Assembly: GCA_002453155.1 (NCBI GenBank)
Contig: DKGG01000055.1
Coordinates: 5,271 to 69,270 of the forward strand
Source: Bdellovibrionaceae bacterium UBA6776
GTDB lineage: Bacteria; Bdellovibrionota; Bdellovibrionia; Bdellovibrionales; UBA1609
Length of the DNA stretch: 64,000 bases
Direction of reading: 5' to 3'
The notes below the pieces were generated by a model, which had not been told where the DNA came from, made no database searches, and worked only from the letters and a program-made list of their open reading frames with translations. A program made the translations under genes and the position numbers. Shown piece by piece: positions 16,425 through 23,279 of this stretch. Numbering within the stretch: position 1 is the stretch's first letter; each line of letters begins with the position of its first letter.

Positions 16425-17753
16425 ATGAAATTACCAAGCCGATTAGATAACAAAGTTGTATTGGATACGAACGTCATTCTTTTTGATGCATTGGCCTTAA
16501 ACAAGTTCAAAGGCTGTGACATCTACATTCCTTTTTCAGTGATCGAAGAAATTGACCGTTTCAAAAGAGACTTGGGTGAGAATGGACGAAATGCCCGTCA
16601 GTTTTCTCGATTTGTCGATGTCCTTAGAGACAAAGGATCTTTGGCTCAAGGGGTGGAACTGGAGAATGGCAAAGGTTTTGTTTACGTCATCACCGATTTC
16701 AAATTTGGGGATCTGCCTACCGAGATGAATTTGGCCATTCCTGATCATCGAATTCTTGCAACGGCATACACCTTGAAGCTCCAAAATCCAAAATCAGAAG
16801 TTCAATTGATCAGTAAAGACATCAACCTGCGTATTAAGGCAGATGTTTTTGGAGTGGATGCTAAAGATTACGATCCTGAGAACACACAATTTGATGCCAT
16901 GTACACGGGTCTGAAAGAATTGGATTTGGAGTCCGATCAAATCGATCATTTTTATCGCGATCGAAGTTTGGATTTGGGCGAAGAACATAAACTCTATGCG
17001 AATCAGTATGTGATCATGAGAGACAAGAGCAACGAGAACCACTCTGCTTTGGGGCGTTTTGATGGCAAGGCTTCTCGCATTGTGCCCTTGATTTCTCCTA
17101 CAGAAAGCGTGTGGGGAATTCATCCCAGAAACATGGAACAAAGTTTTGCATTGGATGCACTTTTGAACGACGAAATTCAATTTGTATCTTTGGTGGGAAA
17201 AGCTGGAACGGGAAAAACCTTGATGGCTTTGGCTGCAGGTCTTTACAAAACCTTGGATGAAGGTCGCTTTCAAAGGCTACTTGTCAGCCGTCCGATTTTC
17301 CCCATGGGAAGAGACATTGGTTATTTACCTGGAGATGTGGAGCAAAAACTCAATCCGTGGATGCAGCCCATCTTTGACAACGTGGAATTTCTTATGGGCG
17401 CAGATAAAAAAGCTGCAGGCCGCGCTCAAGAATTGATCAATCAAGGGATGTTAAACATCGAGCCTTTGACTTACATTCGGGGTCGAAGCATTCCCAAGCA
17501 ATATTTGATTGTGGATGAATCTCAAAACCTCACGCCTCATGAAATCAAAACCATCGTGACTCGTGCCGGAATCGGAACAAAGATTGTGCTTACCGGAGAC
17601 TGTTTTCAGATCGACAACCCCTACATCGATGCATCGAACAGTGGACTGACCTTCTCTGTGGAAAAATTAAAAGGTCAGAGCATTTCCGCTCACGTGACAC
17701 TCACTAAAGGTGAGCGTTCGGAGCTGGCGGAATTGGCTGCCAACATCATGTAA
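16425..17753 (+). CDS. PIN-domain / PhoH-like ATPase fusion (YlaK-type)
   Basis: N-terminal PIN (VVLDTNVILFD..EEIDRFK), Walker A GKAGTGKT, Walker B IVDESQN and PhoH C-terminal block. Track ORF starts at GTG 16413. Confidence 0.85.
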   Translation: MKLPSRLDNKVVLDTNVILFDALALNKFKGCDIYIPFSVIEEIDRFKRDLGENGRNARQFSRFVDVLRDKGSLAQGVELENGKGFVYVITDFKFGDLPTEMNLAIPDHRILATAYTLKLQNPKSEVQLISKDINLRIKADVFGVDAKDYDPENTQFDAMYTGLKELDLESDQIDHFYRDRSLDLGEEHKLYANQYVIMRDKSNENHSALGRFDGKASRIVPLISPTESVWGIHPRNMEQSFALDALLNDEIQFVSLVGKAGTGKTLMALAAGLYKTLDEGRFQRLLVSRPIFPMGRDIGYLPGDVEQKLNPWMQPIFDNVEFLMGADKKAAGRAQELINQGMLNIEPLTYIRGRSIPKQYLIVDESQNLTPHEIKTIVTRAGIGTKIVLTGDCFQIDNPYIDASNSGLTFSVEKLKGQSISAHVTLTKGERSELAELAANIM

Positions 17754-17758
17754 TTCCG

Positions 17759-17781
17759 GCCTTTCGAAGGGCGAATTTTTT
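17759..17781 (+). terminator. Candidate intrinsic terminator after the PIN-PhoH gene
   Basis: Short GCCTT-TCGA-AGGGC stem-loop (one G-U pair) starting 6 nt after the stop, followed by GAATTTTTT. Confidence 0.4.
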
Positions 17782-17917
17782 CAGATTGTTATTTGTAAGC
17801 GCACCCAGCGGGACGTGAGTCCAGCTCGGTGCACATTCGCAATCAAAAGTTGATCCTGCCCCTTCAAACTGTCTCAAATTTTGCCGATAGAGCCTTAGAG
17901 GATAAGGAGATGATTTT

Positions 17918-18196
17918 ATGTATCTTCAAGGCAACTTACAGGCAGTTTTCGATGCTCTTTACCATTTGGGTGTGATTGATCCTGTTTTAAAAATGGATTG
18001 GAACAAAGAGCTGAATGATCTTGCAAACTGTGCAGATGAATTCTTTCTGGCCATGGACATTGCAAACACCCATCAAGCCAGCATGGAAGATTTGATGTCT
18101 CAACTTCAAATTTTTGATCAAAAAACTTTAAGCTATTTGGCCATGGAGGTGGCGCGTGAATTTGCAGATTTTCATTCTCGCGATTGTCTTCATTAG
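17918..18196 (+). CDS. Small acidic cytoplasmic protein, unknown function (92 aa)
   Basis: Strong RBS (AAGGAGATGATTTT-ATG). No signal peptide and no family recognised. The 3' end is overlapped by the next gene. Confidence 0.5.
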   Translation: MYLQGNLQAVFDALYHLGVIDPVLKMDWNKELNDLANCADEFFLAMDIANTHQASMEDLMSQLQIFDQKTLSYLAMEVAREFADFHSRDCLH

Positions 18197-18677
18197 CAGT
18201 ACGATCGCTTTGGGCAATGACTGGAAGATTGATTTTTCTCGTCGGTTTGCTCCCGAAGAGAAAGTGGAAGTTTTGGTTCCGCCCGAAAAGGCTCCGGAAC
18301 CGAAAAAGAATTCCATCATTGGTGCCCCTACGGAATTCGTGCAAAACGTTTTCCTTGAAAATGATCCCGCACCGGAAGTGGTGATTTTAAACACCAGCAA
18401 AGGTTTTATTCCGTCAGCCATCAGCTTGCGCGCGGGACAAGCCTATCGATTTTTTATTGTGAATGTGAATGAAGAACAAAAAAACGTGAGCTTTGTGATG
18501 GATCGCTTTCAACAGCACCATGCGACCTACTACGGTCAAATTCAAAGCTTTGTTGTGAAGCCCGAAGAGACGGGAATTTTTCGATTCTCTTCGCCGGAGA
18601 CAGCGGCTCTTGGAAAAGTGATCGTGACTCCGCAAGTGGAAACGGACACCGAGCTTCGTTTTCCCGCTTCAAATTAG
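18156..18677 (+). CDS. Secreted protein with a possible cupredoxin-like beta-sandwich, unknown function
   Basis: GTG start after GGAGGTGG. Signal peptide MNLQIFILAIVFISSTIALG. C-terminal ISLRAGQAYRFFIVNVNEE..VSFVM..FVVKPEETGIFRFSS..GKVIV resembles cupredoxin-fold strands but has no clear Cu ligand set. Confidence 0.5.
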   Translation: MNLQIFILAIVFISSTIALGNDWKIDFSRRFAPEEKVEVLVPPEKAPEPKKNSIIGAPTEFVQNVFLENDPAPEVVILNTSKGFIPSAISLRAGQAYRFFIVNVNEEQKNVSFVMDRFQQHHATYYGQIQSFVVKPEETGIFRFSSPETAALGKVIVTPQVETDTELRFPASN

Positions 18678-18693
18678 TCTTTAGGAGACGTGT

Positions 18694-19806
18694 GTGTCTG
18701 ATCAAGGAAGTGTTTTTGAAAATGCCATTAAAACTTTCTTGGAGCCTATTTGGCACCTGTTGAGTGATGAGAAGATCACTGAGGTCATGGTCAATTCCCA
18801 CGATGAAATTTGGATTGAAATTGGCGGTAAAGTTCAAAAGACCGATGCCAAATTCAACAATGAAGATGCACTTCTTGCGGCGGTGACCAATATTGCCCAA
18901 AGTGTGGGTCGTCGAATCAATGAGGAAGAACCTCGTTTGGATGCGCGTTTGCCTAACGGTTATCGTATTCACGCCGTGATTCCGCCTTGTGCTCGCAAAG
19001 GTACGACCATGGCCATTCGAAAGTTCGCCACAGTCCAATTTACTTTCAAAGACTATGTTCGTTTGAATGCAATGACTGCGGATGCCGCTCAATTTTTAGA
19101 TATTTGCATGAAGCTTGGAAAAAATATTTTGGTCAGTGGGGGAACCGGTTCCGGGAAGACCACACTGCTTTCGGTTTTGACCAACCGAATTCCTCGCGGT
19201 CAAAGAATCATCGTCATTGAAGATTCGAGTGAATTGAAAGTGGAATACGAACATGTGGTGTTTTTCGAAACTCAAATGGCAGATGAACAGGGTCATGGAG
19301 AAGTCACCATTCGTGATCTCTTAAAAAGCAGTTTGCGTCTGCGACCGGATCGAATCATTGTGGGAGAGGTCCGTGGAGGAGAAGCCTTAGAGCTGATTCA
19401 AGCCATGAACACCGGTCACAAAGGTTGTTTGGGAACCATTCACGCCAACTCTGCCCCAGATGCTTTGGTTCGGTTGGAAGCCTTGGCCCAAGGAGCGGAC
19501 TCTCAATTGAGTGAGAAGGCTTTGCGTCATCAAATTGGTTCGGCCATTGATGTGGTGGTTCAGATTTCCCGGTATTCTGATGGCTCACGACGCCTAGCTT
19601 CCATTGCTGAGGTGATGGGCTTCGCTCCAGATGGAAGCTATCACGTGGAGTCCATTTACGAGATGTCCCGACTTTTGAAAATGCCCGATGGAAAGCTCAA
19701 AGGGCAGATTGAGCCGACAGGAACTTTGCCTTCCTTTATGGAAGAAATCGAAGACAATCAGATCCCCTTCGGGCGCTCGAAATTTCAGAAAAAACCAGCC
19801 GCTTAA
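18694..19806 (+). CDS. CpaF/TadA/VirB11-family type II/IV secretion ATPase (stand-alone)
   Basis: Walker A SGGTGSGKTT, Asp box IIVIEDSSEL, Walker B RPDRIIVGEVRGGEA, His box NTGHKGCLGTIHANS. Confidence 0.85.
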   Translation: MSDQGSVFENAIKTFLEPIWHLLSDEKITEVMVNSHDEIWIEIGGKVQKTDAKFNNEDALLAAVTNIAQSVGRRINEEEPRLDARLPNGYRIHAVIPPCARKGTTMAIRKFATVQFTFKDYVRLNAMTADAAQFLDICMKLGKNILVSGGTGSGKTTLLSVLTNRIPRGQRIIVIEDSSELKVEYEHVVFFETQMADEQGHGEVTIRDLLKSSLRLRPDRIIVGEVRGGEALELIQAMNTGHKGCLGTIHANSAPDALVRLEALAQGADSQLSEKALRHQIGSAIDVVVQISRYSDGSRRLASIAEVMGFAPDGSYHVESIYEMSRLLKMPDGKLKGQIEPTGTLPSFMEEIEDNQIPFGRSKFQKKPAA

Positions 19807-19902
19807 ATTCTTTGGATTTCGAAAATTGACACCTTGAGTGACGCCTTTTTGTGCACACAAAGAGCATTGAGTCTTGAGGCCCCCTGGGATAAGACTTAAG
19901 TC

Positions 19903-20889
19903 ATGCTGTTTAGCGGTAAAGTCACGAATTCTATAATGGTTTTTCTAGACCGATCCGGTTTTGACGGGGATCGCATGCAGGATTTAACCAGCCTTCCGCA
20001 GGAATATTTGCGGGATCCAACGGGTTGGGTGGAAGCCACTGCTGTGGAAGAACTTTTTGAATTGGTGGAAAGAGAGCTGGGCTCTGCACTCACGGACGCA
20101 TTGGCAACAGAAGTGGGCCACAGTTGCCCCGACCTTCGTGCATGGGGCGTGCTCGACAGTGTGATTCGCATGATGCCGCGATCTCAAGATTTGTTTTTGC
20201 AGCCCGAGCGTTTTATTTCCTACTTTGTTTCTCCAGCCCCGCCTTTGGCAGACATTGTTCGCAAGCACAATGAAGTTGAGTTTTCCATTCCCATTTCCAA
20301 TCAAGAATATCCTCACACTTCTGAATTTCTCCGGTCGGCACTGGAAGCTTTGCCCAAGTATTTAGGCAAAGATGAGGCCACAGTGGTGTGGGTGCAGAAC
20401 AAAGTCAGTATCAAGTGGGAAGAGGGGCAAAAGTCTTTCTTTCAAGATACAGAGCAGCCTTTGAACTACAAACCAGAATTGGTTCAAGGTTTGATGGAAG
20501 CTTTGGAGCAATCTCAAAAACAAATTGAAACTTTGAATGCACAATTGTCGGAAGGCAATCCCACTCCACAACCTTTGGGAGAAGATCGCAAAAAAGAATT
20601 GAAAGCCTTTGTGGTCAAAACCCGTGGGCATTTGATGAGGCTCAGTGATTATTTGGTCCGTTCCCAACAACTTGTGACTTTGTTGGTGGGGCAAGACCGT
20701 TTGAACAAGCAGGTGCGTGAAGCCATGAAGCGCGTGGATTGGGATTATGTAAAATCGCAGTCGAACCAAGTGGCTCAAGACATAGCCGATTTGCTTTCTG
20801 ACTTTGAAAAAGAAGTTGAGAAAGACATTCCAACAAATTCCTATTCCGTAAAAAAGAAAGAATCCCTTCAAGCTCGTATGGAGGTTTAG
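19903..20889 (+). CDS. Hypothetical protein (globular N-terminal ~190 aa + C-terminal coiled coil)
   Basis: 328-aa ORF with no confident family. Its stop TAG is directly followed by the eno ATG, and the eno RBS (GGAGG) lies in its last codons. Confidence 0.55.
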   Translation: MLFSGKVTNSIMVFLDRSGFDGDRMQDLTSLPQEYLRDPTGWVEATAVEELFELVERELGSALTDALATEVGHSCPDLRAWGVLDSVIRMMPRSQDLFLQPERFISYFVSPAPPLADIVRKHNEVEFSIPISNQEYPHTSEFLRSALEALPKYLGKDEATVVWVQNKVSIKWEEGQKSFFQDTEQPLNYKPELVQGLMEALEQSQKQIETLNAQLSEGNPTPQPLGEDRKKELKAFVVKTRGHLMRLSDYLVRSQQLVTLLVGQDRLNKQVREAMKRVDWDYVKSQSNQVAQDIADLLSDFEKEVEKDIPTNSYSVKKKESLQARMEV

Positions 20890-22167
20890 ATGAGCTCCGT
20901 TGTTGAATCTTTAAAAGCCCGTGAAATTCTAGACAGTCGAGGACGCCCCACTTTGGAAGTGGAAATGGTCACTCAAAAAGGAAATCGAGTGATAGCGGCT
21001 GTTCCTTCAGGAGCCTCCACCGGTGCCCATGAGGCGGTTGAACTTCGTGACAAAGATCCCAAGCGATATTTGGGCTTGGGAGTGACCAAGGCCATTGAAA
21101 ACGTCAATAAAGTTTTGGCACCTTTGGTTGTGAATCAGTCTTTGGAAGATCAAAAAAAGATCGATGAGATTTTATTGAATCGGGATGGTTCCAAGAACAA
21201 AGGGGAATTGGGAGCCAACGCAATTTTAGGTGTGTCATTGGCATGTGCAAAAGCCTTTGCTGCAGATCAAGGAAAAGAACTTTACGAAACTGTGGGCGGC
21301 GGCGCGGGTGTGACTTTACCGGTTCCCTTAATGAACATCATCAACGGAGGAGCGCACGCAAACAACGGTTTGGATGTGCAAGAATTCATGATTGCTCCTG
21401 TGTGTGGGGGAAGTTTTAAAGAGGCTCTTCGCGCGGGCGTGGAAGTGTTTCAACACTTGCGAAAAATTTTAGATGAAAAATCCTTTTCGACGGCTGTTGG
21501 AGATGAGGGCGGATTTGCACCGAAGTTGAATGGAAACCGCCAAGCCTTGGAATTGATTTTGTCTGCCATCGAAAAGGCGGGATACAAAGCGGGTGAAGAC
21601 ATTTACTTGGCGTTAGATGTGGCCGCTACAGAGCTTTACAAAGAGGGTGCATACACCTGGGAAGGAAAATCTCTCTCTGCGGAAAAGCTTTCAGAGCTTT
21701 ACAAAGAGTGGCAGGGATCCTTTCCCATCGTCAGCATTGAAGATGGACTCAGTGAGGATGATTGGGAAGGTTGGGCTTTTCAAACTCAACTTCTCGGAAA
21801 GCAAATGCAGTTGGTGGGAGACGATCTTTTTGTCACCAACAAAGAGCGCTTGAAAGTGGGCATTGATAAGCAGATTGCCAATTCCATTTTGATCAAAGTG
21901 AATCAAATTGGATCATTGACGGAAACGGCTGAAACCATTCAGCTGGCTCAAAGTAACAACTACTCTTGTGTAATGTCTCATCGCAGTGGTGAAACCGAAG
22001 ACACAACCATTGCCGATTTGGCGGTGGCCTTCAATTGTGGTCAGATCAAAACGGGAAGCTTGTGTCGTTCTGAAAGAACCGCCAAGTACAATCAACTTCT
22101 TCGTATTGAAGAGCGATTGGGATCAAAGGCGAAGTTTCTCGGTAAGAAAACGTATCCCTTCCTTTAA
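20890..22167 (+). CDS. eno: Enolase
   Basis: [41 protein letters not shown] and SHRSGETED motifs. Confidence 0.95.
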   Translation: MSSVVESLKAREILDSRGRPTLEVEMVTQKGNRVIAAVPSGASTGAHEAVELRDKDPKRYLGLGVTKAIENVNKVLAPLVVNQSLEDQKKIDEILLNRDGSKNKGELGANAILGVSLACAKAFAADQGKELYETVGGGAGVTLPVPLMNIINGGAHANNGLDVQEFMIAPVCGGSFKEALRAGVEVFQHLRKILDEKSFSTAVGDEGGFAPKLNGNRQALELILSAIEKAGYKAGEDIYLALDVAATELYKEGAYTWEGKSLSAEKLSELYKEWQGSFPIVSIEDGLSEDDWEGWAFQTQLLGKQMQLVGDDLFVTNKERLKVGIDKQIANSILIKVNQIGSLTETAETIQLAQSNNYSCVMSHRSGETEDTTIADLAVAFNCGQIKTGSLCRSERTAKYNQLLRIEERLGSKAKFLGKKTYPFL

Positions 22168-22220
22168 GAATCTAAAAACTGGACTTTCAGCTACGCAATC
22201 CTGTTGTTTACAATAGGGGT

Positions 22221-22547
22221 GTGAGAAGAATTTTCTTTACTCCGTTTGACTTCGTTCAGAAGCTCCTTCAAAGCCCAATAAAAGTTTTATGGATTTGTTT
22301 GGCCTTGGCATTTGCCAATCTTATTTTGGATGGAAGTCTTTATCGCTATTACGTTTTAAGCAACGACTTAAAAGAAACTCGCATCAAGATTGAACGCGTC
22401 CGTTCTGAAAATCAAAACTTGCAGGCAAAGTTGGATGCCATGAAGGATCCTCGCCACCTTGAACGTGTGGCCAGGGATCGTTTCGACCTGGTGAAAAAGG
22501 ATGAACTGATTTTTGTTTTTAGTGAGGATCAACCCACTCAAAATTAG
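22221..22547 (+). CDS. ftsB: Septum formation initiator (FtsB/DivIC family)
   Basis: Single N-terminal TM followed by a coiled coil (RIKIERVRSENQNLQAKLDAM) and DPRHLERVARDRFDLVKKDELIF. GTG start. Sits downstream of eno as in many genomes. Confidence 0.7.
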   Translation: MRRIFFTPFDFVQKLLQSPIKVLWICLALAFANLILDGSLYRYYVLSNDLKETRIKIERVRSENQNLQAKLDAMKDPRHLERVARDRFDLVKKDELIFVFSEDQPTQN

Positions 22548-22558
22548 GAGGTTTCATT

Positions 22559-22768
22559 TTGAACTGTGGCCAAATTAAGTGGATTTCTCCCGACGCTTCC
22601 CATGGATTTATACTGCTGCCAGATGGTCAAGAGGCATACTTCAATGCCTACGATATCATTGGCGGAGACATTTCGACCGTCTCTCTTGGGGAGCAGGTGT
22701 CTTTTGATCTGCTTCGAACCCATAAGGGTTTTGAGGCCTTTAACATTCAAGCCTTTGCCTTTGCTTGA
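22559..22768 (+). CDS. Cold-shock-domain-like small protein (divergent RNP motifs)
   Basis: TTG start 8 nt after AGGAGG. GQIKWISPDASHGFILLPDGQEAYFNA aligns to the CspA KGFGFI/VFVHF region, but with substitutions. Confidence 0.6.
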   Translation: MNCGQIKWISPDASHGFILLPDGQEAYFNAYDIIGGDISTVSLGEQVSFDLLRTHKGFEAFNIQAFAFA

Positions 22769-22776
22769 TAAACCCC

Positions 22777-22802
22777 GGCTCGAACTCCCGTGGGTTCGAG
22801 CC
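22777..22802 (+). terminator. Stem-loop downstream of the cold-shock-like gene (terminator-like, no U-tract)
   Basis: GGCTCGAAC / GTTCGAGCC perfect 9-bp stem with an 8-nt loop, beginning 9 nt after the stop codon. Confidence 0.35.
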
Positions 22803-22913
22803 GAAACCAAGTGATTTCAATACCTTATGAATTTTTTCATCTTTCCACTGTTGTCAAAAATCATTAGGAATTTTCAAAGTTTTTTCGTATACAAAGGCCT
22901 TCGGAGGTCTGAT

Positions 22914-23204
22914 TTGGAAAATCAGTGGTCTGCACAATCCATTCGTCAACTGCGCCAACAATTGGGTTGGACCCAAGCGGAGTTTTCCCGTCGAATGGGA
23001 GTCACCGTGGCTCAAATTCAAAAGTGGGAAGATGGCTCCGAATCTCCAGAAGAAGAATCCCTCAATCAATTTTTAGCTTTGCAAAGTCACCTCACCAATT
23101 ACAGTGAGTCCTTATCTATGGACCCTCTGGCAGAAGTTTACCTTTCTGAAAATAACTTGAACCAAGTGACTCGTAACAATTTGAAAAACGGTCTCGACAA
23201 CTAA
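22914..23204 (+). CDS. XRE-family helix-turn-helix protein
   Basis: IRQLRQQLGWTQAEFSRRMGVTVAQIQKWEDG HTH motif. Track ORF starts at ATG 22827, but the in-frame TTG at 22914 sits 6 nt after GGAGG and removes an implausible hydrophobic leader. Confidence 0.6.
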   Translation: MENQWSAQSIRQLRQQLGWTQAEFSRRMGVTVAQIQKWEDGSESPEEESLNQFLALQSHLTNYSESLSMDPLAEVYLSENNLNQVTRNNLKNGLDN

Positions 23205-23279
23205 AATTCAAAAATAACGAAAACTTCTCTCGCTGCTTGGACCCTTGCTTGCGTCCATGGATTCTTATACATCAGCTCT

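Noticed and set aside
17827-17842. CGGTGCACATTCGCAA as a sigma-54 promoter upstream of the orphan ATPase operon
   Set aside because: The GG-to-GC spacing is one nucleotide short of the strict -24/-12 geometry.
22777-22802. GGTTCGAGCC resembling a tRNA T-arm (possible tRNA gene)
   Set aside because: No acceptor, D or anticodon arms can be drawn around it. It is simply the 3' arm of a 9-bp hairpin downstream of the cold-shock-like gene.
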